51,715 nt of DNA from Candidatus Omnitrophota bacterium (GTDB lineage Bacteria > Omnitrophota > Gorgyraeia > 2-02-FULL-51-18). Below are positions 7,757 to 16,025 of this stretch, piece by piece (the stretch's first letter is position 1; each line of letters begins with the position of its first letter). The notes beneath the pieces were generated by a model. It worked only from the letters and a program-made list of their open reading frames with translations. It had not been told where the DNA came from and did no database searches. Made by a program: the position numbers and the translations under genes. The stretch covers positions 1 to 51,715 of the forward strand of contig JACQQX010000029.1 in the NCBI GenBank assembly GCA_016206805.1. The letters are read 5' to 3'.

Positions 7757-8670
7757 CGGAGCGCTTCTGTCATTTGACTGAAATTATAATCAAAGAAGCT
7801 CAAGATGTCATCCGTTCCAGGCAGCTCTCCGATATGCTGGGCTATCATCACTACTTTCGCGTCTATCCGCTTGGCCAGCGCTTCCACCGGACCTTTGGGA
7901 TAATAAGTCGGCATCGCAATCGCCCGGATATGGTTTTCTTTGCCATAACGCTCCAGAAACTGCAGGTGCTTGGGGGTCGGCGGAATCCCGGGCTTGGGTT
8001 CTAAAAACTGCTCGGCCTTGATGCCCAAAAAGTCGGCCATGTATTCGAAGTCATCATGATAGGAAATGACTTCCTTTCCGCGAATCGGATCGGAAAGCGC
8101 TTTCCATCCGGCGATTTTTTGGTCCAGGCGAGAAATAAAATCCCGCGCATTCGCTTCGTAATCATGAGCGTTCGCGGAATCGATTTCTTTGAGTTTCAGA
8201 AGCAGTGTGCCGGCCACGATCCGGATATTTTCCGGATTCATCGCATAATGCGGGTTTCCGAAAACATGGATATCGCCGGAAGCGCGGGACAGGTTTCCCC
8301 GCGGCACCTTTAAAAGCCGGATCCCAAGTGACAAGTCCACATTTCTCGGGCCGCCCCTGAAAAGATCGGCTTTCCCGGCCGCTTCCAAGAGCGGATCCAC
8401 CCACGCCTCCAAGTCCAGTCCCGTGAAAATAAACAGATCCGCGCGAGCGGTGTTCCGGACGTCGCTGGGACGCGGCTGGATAAAGTGAATATTGAACTTC
8501 GGCGAAGCGATGGACTTCACATTCACTTTATCGCGACCGATTTGCCGCGCCAGATCCGCGAAAGTCGTCGTCGTGGCCACGATTTGCAACTTAGCTTCCG
8601 CGTGAAGGGGACTTGTCAGGGTTATTGAAAGAACGCCCAATAAAAATAAAGTTCTGATTTTATGAAACAT
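7753..8670 (-). CDS. metal ABC transporter substrate-binding protein (ZnuA/TroA-like)
   Basis: Signal peptide plus HVFGNPHY and SYHDDFEY ligand-type motifs, consistent with the TroA fold family. Confidence 0.85.
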   Translation of the reverse strand: MFHKIRTLFLLGVLSITLTSPLHAEAKLQIVATTTTFADLARQIGRDKVNVKSIASPKFNIHFIQPRPSDVRNTARADLFIFTGLDLEAWVDPLLEAAGKADLFRGGPRNVDLSLGIRLLKVPRGNLSRASGDIHVFGNPHYAMNPENIRIVAGTLLLKLKEIDSANAHDYEANARDFISRLDQKIAGWKALSDPIRGKEVISYHDDFEYMADFLGIKAEQFLEPKPGIPPTPKHLQFLERYGKENHIRAIAMPTYYPKGPVEALAKRIDAKVVMIAQHIGELPGTDDILSFFDYNFSQMTEALR

Positions 8671-8689
8671 GTTTTTCTCCTATAAAGAT

Positions 8690-8778
8690 GTCATCTCGAG
8701 GAGCGTAGCGACGAGAGATCTGTTTTGAAACAAGTTTAAAACGGATTTCTCGGCCGCCTGCGGCGCCCTCGAAATGAC
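8690..8778. repeat. inverted pair of GTCAT(T/C)TCGAGG...GAGA(A/G)ATC palindromic units
   Basis: Units are gtcatctcgaggagcgtagcgacgagagatc (8690-8720) and gatttctcggccgcctgcggcgccctcgaaatgac (8744-8778, inverted). Same family as 10841-10914 and 42403-42485. Confidence 0.85.
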
Positions 8779-8807
8779 AATAATGCCCCTTGAGATGACA
8801 ACAATGC

Positions 8808-9932
8808 TTATTGAATCTTGTGTTTGTGGTCGCCGATGGCGAAAGCGCCTTGAATGAGCACCTGGTCGTCGTCCTTGCCGTTGGCGATTTCCCGGTGCGT
8901 CAGCTGCAGCCTCCACCGCGCGAATTCACTTTGATGAAAAGTAAGGTAGCCCGAGATTCCCTTGTCCGCGTCCGCGTAATCCAGTCGTCCGCCCGCCGAC
9001 CAAAGGGTATGAAAACGCCAGTCCGCCAGGAAATAAGCTCCCCACAGCGTCTCTTCCCGATTCATGAAAAAACTTTCGCCCTGCAGCTTGAATGTCTGAA
9101 CCGGATTCAAGCGCTGAATCCATGTGGCATCTATACCCAGGACATTCACTTCAAAATGCGCGTCACTGTCCTTGGAGCCCACCAGATGCGACGCGCCCAG
9201 TTCAAACCCAGCGCTGTCAGTGACATCCCAATAATTTTTAAGATGGCTGTAAATCGTAGGGTGTCGGCGGGTGCTTCCAAAAACCGTTCCCCCCTCCCCT
9301 ACACCCCCCTCCAAAATTCCCAGCGAAACTTCATGTGTCGAAGACCAGGGCAAATCAAGGATTTTTTTTAAATCCGCGCCGGTTTTATTGTATCCTTCCA
9401 CACCAAAGTATTTTTCAATCGCTAGCGGCTCATCCACCGTCTCCAGACTATCGCGGTGCATGGGAATGGCCTTGCCCACTCTGGGTTTAAAGCGCCCGAC
9501 ACGCGCCGTCAAATCCCATGGCAATTCAAAATGCGTGTAATAGGCTTCTTCTAGCGACGCCTCTTCAAAATCCGAAAAGGCTATCGTGGCATCGAGCCGC
9601 GAGTACGGGTCAACAGCGCTGCCCAGCACAAGCTCCAATTCCCGCACGCTAACGCGGTCAGCCCCCTCCTCATCCACTTTGGGACTATCGAGCTTAGCCA
9701 CTACATCGGCGATCACACCGATTTCAGGAGTCCATCTCGCTGGAGTAGAAGCGGAAGAAATTACCGCTGGAGGGGAAGTCTTGGCGCTAGATACGTCATT
9801 TTTGAGTTCGGACACCATTTGACGGAGCTCGGCCACTTCCCGTCTCAACGCTTCGACTTCACTTTCGGCATAAGACGGCGGCGCGCACAATAAACATAAA
9901 AATGATAAAAAAACAGCACGAAATTTTTTCAT
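8808..9932 (-). CDS. putative outer-membrane beta-barrel protein with N-terminal coiled coil
   Basis: Signal peptide ending SYA, then the heptad-like EVEALRREVAELRQMVSELK, then alternating beta-strand-like sequence. It sits upstream of the metal ABC genes. Confidence 0.5.
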   Translation of the reverse strand: MKKFRAVFLSFLCLLCAPPSYAESEVEALRREVAELRQMVSELKNDVSSAKTSPPAVISSASTPARWTPEIGVIADVVAKLDSPKVDEEGADRVSVRELELVLGSAVDPYSRLDATIAFSDFEEASLEEAYYTHFELPWDLTARVGRFKPRVGKAIPMHRDSLETVDEPLAIEKYFGVEGYNKTGADLKKILDLPWSSTHEVSLGILEGGVGEGGTVFGSTRRHPTIYSHLKNYWDVTDSAGFELGASHLVGSKDSDAHFEVNVLGIDATWIQRLNPVQTFKLQGESFFMNREETLWGAYFLADWRFHTLWSAGGRLDYADADKGISGYLTFHQSEFARWRLQLTHREIANGKDDDQVLIQGAFAIGDHKHKIQ

Positions 9933-9983
9933 GGAATACTCCCTAGTTTTGAGTAATAAATCTGTTTGATTAAAAAAACAGGT

Positions 9984-10268
9984 TTAAGCTAGAGGAGGCG
10001 CCCGGAGGGAATGGAAAAAATGGGAAACGCTTCTGAAAGAAAGCATTCCCATAAGAAACAAAAAAGCGACGATAAAGAAAAGAGGCGCGGCCTGAAAATC
10101 CACCGCTTCGGCCTGAAATCCCTGCAAACCGAATTGATGGATAGGGCAAGTAGTGTGCTGGGAGTGATCAACGTCATCGCCATGCGTGTGCGGCAATAAA
10201 GACAAGCCGCCCATGACGCCGGCGGCCAGCACGGCGGCCACCGCCAAACAGAGAATGGTTTTTTTCAT
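9984..10268 (-). CDS. small His-rich membrane/secreted protein, DUF2946-like
   Basis: Internal ATG at 10268 gives MKKTILCLAVAAVLAAG with a signal/TM segment, then HTHGDDVDHSQHTTCPIH, and a C-terminal SLRAPP as I recall for DUF2946. The longer track ORF has an implausible N-terminus. Confidence 0.4.
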   Translation of the reverse strand: MKKTILCLAVAAVLAAGVMGGLSLLPHTHGDDVDHSQHTTCPIHQFGLQGFQAEAVDFQAAPLFFIVAFLFLMGMLSFRSVSHFFHSLRAPPLA

Positions 10269-10381
10269 AGTGAAGACATTAGGCCAACTACCACGATTTG
10301 TCAAGCGGAGGACATTAAAAACATCAGCCTCGAAAGTACGGTCATGATTCGTAACCGACTGACGAGGCTGATGAAGGAATA

Positions 10382-10726
10382 TTACCCAGCAGTGGGAGCA
10401 GTTGCGGGAGCAGACATGGCATCCGGCGTCGTCACCTCGACGGTTTTGGCGACCCATACTCCGCCCGCCTTGTCTTCCTTAGCGTCGACTTTGACTTCCT
10501 GGCCCACTTGGAGATCTTTCAAAGTCGCGACATTTTTGGTTTTGGTGTCACGGGTGACTTTGACATTGACCTCTTGAGGCTGGGTGCCTGCCGCGTCGGA
10601 GCGCGTAATTCCTACCATATCCCTGGCAGCATCAATCGTATTGATCATGCCGCGAATGGTTTCCGCGTAAGCCACCGAAGATCCGGCTATCAATCCGGCA
10701 AGCACGAGTATCGTGTAACGTTTCAT
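10382..10726 (-). CDS. hypothetical secreted protein
   Basis: ATG at 10726 follows a GAGGAG ribosome-binding site. Signal peptide MKRYTILVLAGLIAGSSVAYA. Confidence 0.5.
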   Translation of the reverse strand: MKRYTILVLAGLIAGSSVAYAETIRGMINTIDAARDMVGITRSDAAGTQPQEVNVKVTRDTKTKNVATLKDLQVGQEVKVDAKEDKAGGVWVAKTVEVTTPDAMSAPATAPTAG

Positions 10727-10840
10727 GAGTGGTTCTCCTCTCATTTGTGTATTGATGTTTCTTAAAGCCATGCTACCAACGCGCAAATGAAAAGAGAATT
10801 AAGATAGGATTAATTTAACTTAACCCTCTGATGCCCAGCT

Positions 10841-10914
10841 GTCATTTCGAGGTCGCCGTGGCGGCCGAGAAATCTTTTTTTATGAGATTTCTCGGCCTTC
10901 GGCCTCGAAATGAC
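10841..10914. repeat. inverted pair of GTCATTTCGAGG...GAGAAATC units (hairpin-forming)
   Basis: Units are gtcatttcgaggtcgccgtggcggccgagaaatc (10841-10874) and gatttctcggccttcggcctcgaaatgac (10886-10914). The pair lies between two co-directional genes. Confidence 0.85.
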
Positions 10915-10927
10915 AAAGGGGGGAACT

Positions 10928-13423
10928 TTACGCCACTACCTGCAGTTTATCCCACGGAAATTCCTTCATCACATCCGTCAGGGACTTGCCGCCATAGTAC
11001 TGCGTATAGGGGTTGGTGGAGCCATATTGCGTCCAGTCTTCCCCGTAGAACACCACCGCGCCGGCCCGGTCTCTCAAAATCATCCCGTAGTCGCGAACAG
11101 CCGTGACCATCATTTTCATCATCGGGGTCCAGTTGGGATCGATTTGCGTATCCGCCGGGAAGCGAAATGTCATTCCTTCCGGAATCGCATTGGCTACCGT
11201 TGAAGTGCCGTCGGTTCTATTGGCTGGATCCACAAAGACACCGGCTTTGGGCGTCGGAATGGCAAACGCCAAAGCATGTTCAATCACACCGGCGGCCAAT
11301 TCTTCCAGCAGCATCGTTCCCCCAATAGCCGGAAGACCGGATGCTGTCGCGCCCCAATACTCCTTACTGCCGTTGGCATTGATTTTGATGGGCATCACGC
11401 CATTGGACTGACTGGCGTTTTCGATAATGCCGCCCCAGTTGGCCTGCCATTGGCCGTTGACGTTCTGGAATTTCCAGAATTCATACAGCGTATCGGTGGA
11501 CTTATCATAAATCGTGATGTGCCCGTCCGTACCCGCGGCCGGAAGCGCATTCACGGGAATAGGAACCCCCTTTTGGGTTTCCACATGCAACACGGTCCAT
11601 GTCAGGGTGACGCCATTTTGAACGATAGACACCGGCACGCGCTGTGTTGACGAGTCAACGATATAAAGCGGCGTGCTGTATCTATTGGTGTTGATCCACG
11701 TTCCCCACTGAAGCTGGGTTTGAGCGATCAACTCATTCACGTAATTAGCGGAATTGGAATGAATCTGCTCGTTATCCGTCAAATGGGTCTTCCAGAACGA
11801 AGTGTCGCTGAACAGCATATCCGGTATCGTTTTCGGTGTTGGATCGGGATCCGGATCTTCCGTGATGGGCTCCAAGCTATGGAGAAAAGATGCCAGCTCA
11901 TAGCCCGAGGCGTTCACAATCGACACCACGGCGTTACGATCGGCGTCTGTTGGTCTAACGCCGACAACGAGATTGGCGCCGAACTTCTCATTGAAAAGCG
12001 CCAGCTTCACCGCATCCGCCGACAACGCATCCACCAATTCCACCGCTTTCACGGTTTGGCTGATAAAGCCCGGCTGATCATAGCCGGAGGCTCTGACAAT
12101 CGTTTGCAAAGCGCGGCGATTGTCCGTGCCGGGAGTGCCTGACGCTTCGATGGCCGTGCCGTACAGGAAGTTAAAGCTCTCCCGAAGCGCTTCATCGGCC
12201 TGAATGGCGCGATAAAGATTCGCGGTTTGAGCCACGTCCGCCAGGAAGGAGCTGACCGTAAAACCGGACATGTTGGCCAACCCGACGACAGCCGAACGGG
12301 AACCGGCGTCCGGAGAACCGGATACAGGAACGTTCGTGTTGTACATCAGGTTGAAATTATCCCGATCGACGGAGCTGGCTTGCAGTGCCTTGTATAGGCC
12401 GGCGGCCTTATTCGTTTTCCAAACAAAATCCGACACGCCATAATAGTTGGCGCCAGTGATAGACGTCAGCGCCTGGATATCATTCGTGTTGGAAGCGCCA
12501 GTCGCTTGAATGTTCGTGCCGTAAAGCAGATTGACGTTCGCGCGATTGGTGGAATTGGACTGCAAGTTCTTATACAGAGCCACATTCTTCGCCGTCTGGC
12601 TGAAGAAAGCGCTTTCCGTATAACCGGGCGCGCTGGTAATTCCCATCAGCTTCTTACGATTATCCGTGCCGGGGTAACCGGTTGTGGAAATCGTCGTGCC
12701 GTACAGCGTGTTGACATTGTTCCGGTTTGTGGTATCCCATTGAAGCCGGCGATAAAGCGCGGCCGCGCGGTTGACGTTGCCCAGAAACGCGGCTTGGTCA
12801 AACGTGGGATAGTCCGAAAGACCAATAAGGGTCGTTCGCTGGTAACTTGCCGGAGGACCGCTGGTCGGAATCGTCGTCCAATACAGCAGGTTGAAATCCG
12901 CCCGCGTGGCGCTATTGGCCTGTAAAGCCCGGTACAGATTCGAGGCTCTGGAGGTTTGCGCCAGGAAATACGACAGCGTGTAGCTGGAGCTGGAAGTTAC
13001 GGTGGACAGTGTTTGAAGATCCGTGGCGCTCAAAGAGCCGGTCGCCTGGATATTCGTTCCGTAAAGCAAATTCACATTCGCCCGATCGGGTGAGCTGGCT
13101 TGTAAAACGCTCTGAAGTTCCACCACCTTGGTTTGAGTGTCCATGGTCGACATCGTGGCGGCGGCCAGCATCATCGTTTCCGACCCGGAACCGGCGCGGC
13201 GGGACGCTTGCGCTTCCCGGACACTTTGATGGAGCATGGCGTTATTTTTGGCTTGGATGAGACTCAGGTTCTTCAGAAAAGCATCTCGAACCTGTTTCAC
13301 GGAAAGCCCCGGGTTGCCTTTTTCTTCCTTTTTCAACTTCACCACCTCGGCGGAAAAAGCCAATGTGGTTGTTAAAAAGTACAAAAAAGCAACATTTAAA
13401 GACAATAGTTTTCTTTTGTTCAT
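10928..13423 (-). CDS. secreted repeat protein with a C-terminal domain of unknown (possibly hydrolytic) function
   Basis: Signal peptide, then seven 60-aa repeats (xNVNLLYGTxIxxTG...LYxALQ), a PDPDPTP linker, and a 300-aa C-terminal domain I cannot assign. Confidence 0.8.
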   Translation of the reverse strand: MNKRKLLSLNVAFLYFLTTTLAFSAEVVKLKKEEKGNPGLSVKQVRDAFLKNLSLIQAKNNAMLHQSVREAQASRRAGSGSETMMLAAATMSTMDTQTKVVELQSVLQASSPDRANVNLLYGTNIQATGSLSATDLQTLSTVTSSSSYTLSYFLAQTSRASNLYRALQANSATRADFNLLYWTTIPTSGPPASYQRTTLIGLSDYPTFDQAAFLGNVNRAAALYRRLQWDTTNRNNVNTLYGTTISTTGYPGTDNRKKLMGITSAPGYTESAFFSQTAKNVALYKNLQSNSTNRANVNLLYGTNIQATGASNTNDIQALTSITGANYYGVSDFVWKTNKAAGLYKALQASSVDRDNFNLMYNTNVPVSGSPDAGSRSAVVGLANMSGFTVSSFLADVAQTANLYRAIQADEALRESFNFLYGTAIEASGTPGTDNRRALQTIVRASGYDQPGFISQTVKAVELVDALSADAVKLALFNEKFGANLVVGVRPTDADRNAVVSIVNASGYELASFLHSLEPITEDPDPDPTPKTIPDMLFSDTSFWKTHLTDNEQIHSNSANYVNELIAQTQLQWGTWINTNRYSTPLYIVDSSTQRVPVSIVQNGVTLTWTVLHVETQKGVPIPVNALPAAGTDGHITIYDKSTDTLYEFWKFQNVNGQWQANWGGIIENASQSNGVMPIKINANGSKEYWGATASGLPAIGGTMLLEELAAGVIEHALAFAIPTPKAGVFVDPANRTDGTSTVANAIPEGMTFRFPADTQIDPNWTPMMKMMVTAVRDYGMILRDRAGAVVFYGEDWTQYGSTNPYTQYYGGKSLTDVMKEFPWDKLQVVA
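11870..13141 (-). repeat. seven in-frame tandem repeats of 180 bp (coding)
   Basis: The NxN(L/T)LY motif recurs at residues 116, 176, 236, 296, 356, 416 and 476, exactly 60 aa apart. The DNA copies have diverged. Confidence 0.8.
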
Positions 13424-13573
13424 GGTAAACCCCTTCGTTCAGTTAACGTGCTTGTTACGATACTATGGTTTGGATCTTCTGATTCTTCGGCAGCAATTCT
13501 GACGTGAGCGAAACAACGAACGTACTCTCTGGCGAGAAAACAACTAGAAGAAACTCAACTACTAATGAGGGTC

Positions 13574-13602
13574 ACTGTAGCTGAACTTCCCTTTTTTGTC
13601 AA
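13574..13602 (-). promoter_or_regulatory. candidate sigma70 promoter TTGACA-17-TACAGT for the repeat-protein gene
   Basis: On the minus strand, TTGACA lies at 13602-13597 and TACAGT at 13579-13574. An A/T tract and the direct repeats ttgtattgcg x2 (13621-13640) lie upstream. Confidence 0.5.
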
Positions 13603-13671
13603 CAAAAAAATATAAAATAATTGTATTGCGTTGTATTGCGCTTAAATGCGCTTAATTAGAATTAAATTGAG

Positions 13672-13821
13672 TCAAAAGGGCCTTTGCCCGTAAATAAGGC
13701 GAATCAAAACGGCTATTATCGCTAAAACCAACAAAATGTGGATAAAGCCGTTTATGGTGTAGGATGAAACAACCCCCAAAAGCCACAGCACAAACAACAC
13801 CACCGCAATGGTCCATAACAT
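13672..13821 (-). CDS. lmo0937-family small membrane protein (49 aa), absent from the ORF track
   Basis: Hand translation: MLWTIAVVLFVLWLLGVVSSYTINGFIHILLVLAIIAVLIRLIYGQRPF. A GGAGGAGGG ribosome-binding site lies upstream. Confidence 0.75.
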   Translation of the reverse strand: MLWTIAVVLFVLWLLGVVSSYTINGFIHILLVLAIIAVLIRLIYGQRPF

Positions 13822-13901
13822 AGGAAAATCCCTCCTCCTGTTATTATTGAGGTTTCATCAAATTCTGACTTCTATTGTGCCCATTATTTAATGAAGCCTC
13901 A

Positions 13902-14063
13902 TTAGTCAAGGGCGTCTTTGGCCGCATGTTCCACTTCCTGAGCGCCGCGCTCGATATCACGGCCGACATCCCGGCCCAGTTCCTCAGCGCTTCGCTGCGA
14001 ATCCCGCGTACAACCGGCAAGCACCACCATCAACAGCATTGCGCCCATCAGAGTTTGTTTCAT
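13902..14063 (-). CDS. small lipoprotein (53 aa), absent from the ORF track
   Basis: Hand translation: MKQTLMGAMLLMVVLAGCTRDS..., with a lipobox LAGC. An AAGGAGG ribosome-binding site lies 5 nt upstream. This replaces the spurious plus-strand ORF 13875-14117. Confidence 0.65.
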   Translation of the reverse strand: MKQTLMGAMLLMVVLAGCTRDSQRSAEELGRDVGRDIERGAQEVEHAAKDALD

Positions 14064-14171
14064 TGTTTCCTCCTTTTGATTGGACTGATGCTCTCACCAT
14101 ACAAAAAAAGATATTAAGCGGGCATTAAAACAGAATTATGAAATTTTAATCCTATTTAACGTTTTATTAAT

Positions 14172-14750
14172 TTAATTCCGGGGTATTTTTTCTATGATGG
14201 AGTGCCGAAAACAGGTCACCAGATGGTCATTCACCATGCCGGTCGCCTGCATGTGCGCGTAACAAATCGTCGAGCCGACGAAACGAAATCTTTTTTCCTT
14301 GAGCGCTTGGCTCATGGCGTCGGACTCGGGCGACGTGGCGGGGAGGTTTTTTAAACTCTTCCAACGATTTTGAATGGGCCTGCCGCCGGTAAATTGCCAG
14401 ATATACCGGCTGAAGCTTTTTTCTTTGGACTGAATGTCCAAAAAAGCGCGGGCATTGGCACGGGCCGCTTCTATTTTCAGGCGATTGCGGATTATTCCTT
14501 CATTCCGCATCAGCCGGGAAATCTTCGCGCTTTTATATCGCGCCACTTTCTCCGGATCAAACCCGTCGAAAGCTTTTCTAAAATTCTCCCGTTTATGGAG
14601 AACGCAGCGCCAGCTTAAACCCGCCTGCATGCCCTCCAGAATAAGAAATTCAAAGAGTTTTCGGTCATCATAAAGCGGCACGCCCCATTCCCGGTCATGG
14701 TAGGCCACCATCAGCGGATCGTTCGCGGGCCAGGGACAAGTCTTTCGCAT
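14172..14750 (-). CDS. tag: DNA-3-methyladenine glycosylase I
   Basis: CPWPANDPLMVAYHDREWGVP and the rest resemble Tag. I prefer the ATG at 14750 over the GTG at 14768. Confidence 0.88.
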   Translation of the reverse strand: MRKTCPWPANDPLMVAYHDREWGVPLYDDRKLFEFLILEGMQAGLSWRCVLHKRENFRKAFDGFDPEKVARYKSAKISRLMRNEGIIRNRLKIEAARANARAFLDIQSKEKSFSRYIWQFTGGRPIQNRWKSLKNLPATSPESDAMSQALKEKRFRFVGSTICYAHMQATGMVNDHLVTCFRHSIIEKIPRN

Positions 14751-14768
14751 AGTGTATAATTCTATCAC

Positions 14769-15989
14769 ATGGAAAAATCACCTTTCGATATTGTCATTGT
14801 CGGCGCAGGCGCGGCGGGTCTGACAACCGCTATCGCGGCAGGGCGGGGCCAGTCAAAAAATCTTAAAATTCTGCTCGTGGATTCGCGCGGCAAAGTCGGC
14901 GCCAAGATCCTTGTCTCCGGCGGAACGCGCTGCAATGTCACCAACCGAAAAGTCACTCCTTTTGACTTTCAGGGGGGTCCGTCTCATTTTATTAAACACG
15001 TGCTGGAGGCTTTCACCCCCGATCAAACCAAGCGTTTTTTTGAAGAAATAGGTGTGGATCTGATTCTAGAATCCACTGGCAAATATTTTCCCGTTACGCG
15101 CTCGGGCAAGACCGTGCTCGAAGCGCTTTTAAAAGAAAGCGAAAAATGCGGCGTGTCTTTAAAAACGGGGTTTCGCGTCACTGGGATTGAAAAAAAGGGC
15201 GATGTGTTTTTGCTTCGGGGTGAGACCGGAGATCTTCTGGCGCGGCGTGTGGTTCTGGCTACCGGAGGATTGTCTCTGCCGGAAACCGGCAGTGACGGGA
15301 TGGGACTTTCGATGGCCGCCAGCCTAGGGCATACCCTTATTAAAACCACGCCGGCGTTGACGCCGCTGACTACCAACGATAAAGACTGGATGGAACTAAG
15401 CGGCATCACTTTAAATGCCGCGCTGACTTTTTTCGAAGACGGGAAAAAGAAGGCCGAATGCGAAGGCTCTCTGCTTTTCACGCACTTTGGCTATAGCGGC
15501 CCTGTGGCGCTGGATATCAGCCGTTTTTTCGCTTACTCGGATCCTAAACATTCCCCGGAGATCGAAGCAAACTTTTTGCCGGGGCACACACCGGAAGCGC
15601 TGAATAAGCGCTTGGAGATTTTCCGGAAAAAACATCCGAATAAACAGCCTAAGAGTTTCTTCATCGAAGAATTCGGATTGCCGGAGCGCTTCGTTGAAAC
15701 TTTTTTGCGCAAGAATGAAGGAAAAAACCCGCGGCAACTGCTCCACCCCATCGCCCATACGCCGCTTTCAGTGACGGGAGTCGTAGGATACAGGAAAGCC
15801 GAGGTCACCGCGGGCGGCGTGGACCTTAAAGAGGTCCGGGTTTCTACCATGGAGTCTAAAATCATTCCCGGACTTTATTTTGCCGGGGAAATCCTCGATG
15901 TGGATGGCCGCATCGGCGGATTCAATTTCCAATGGTCCTGGTCCAGCGGCACCGTCGCCGGCCGAAGTGCTGTGCTGAAGCTTCCTTAA
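14769..15989 (+). CDS. HI0933/BaiN-family FAD-dependent oxidoreductase
   Basis: Dinucleotide-binding motif VIVGAGAAGL, the GGTRCNVTN signature, and a C-terminal GEILDVDGRIGGFNFQ. Confidence 0.85.
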   Translation: MEKSPFDIVIVGAGAAGLTTAIAAGRGQSKNLKILLVDSRGKVGAKILVSGGTRCNVTNRKVTPFDFQGGPSHFIKHVLEAFTPDQTKRFFEEIGVDLILESTGKYFPVTRSGKTVLEALLKESEKCGVSLKTGFRVTGIEKKGDVFLLRGETGDLLARRVVLATGGLSLPETGSDGMGLSMAASLGHTLIKTTPALTPLTTNDKDWMELSGITLNAALTFFEDGKKKAECEGSLLFTHFGYSGPVALDISRFFAYSDPKHSPEIEANFLPGHTPEALNKRLEIFRKKHPNKQPKSFFIEEFGLPERFVETFLRKNEGKNPRQLLHPIAHTPLSVTGVVGYRKAEVTAGGVDLKEVRVSTMESKIIPGLYFAGEILDVDGRIGGFNFQWSWSSGTVAGRSAVLKLP

Positions 15990-16025
15990 ATTATGGGCAC
16001 AATGGCTGAGACAAGTAAGGAAACC

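Noticed and set aside
8680-8916. 78-aa ORF (and similarly 10831-11106) spanning the palindromic repeat units
   Set aside because: The reading frames are generated by the GTCATTTCGAGG...GAGAAATC repeats and overlap the ends of real genes. They have no independent support.
13737-13745. Perfect DnaA-box consensus (TGTGGATAA, the reverse complement of TTATCCACA), and the idea that oriC lies in this window because dnaN, gyrB and gyrA are present
   Set aside because: It is a single box inside the lmo0937-family coding sequence. The other near matches (for example in gyrB around 50128) are isolated and also within genes. No cluster or AT-rich unwinding element was seen. The origin is more likely beyond the right edge, upstream of dnaN.
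13875-14117. 80-aa plus-strand ORF
   Set aside because: It is antisense to a much better supported 53-aa lipoprotein gene with a strong ribosome-binding site and lipobox. It has no ribosome-binding site or recognisable features of its own.
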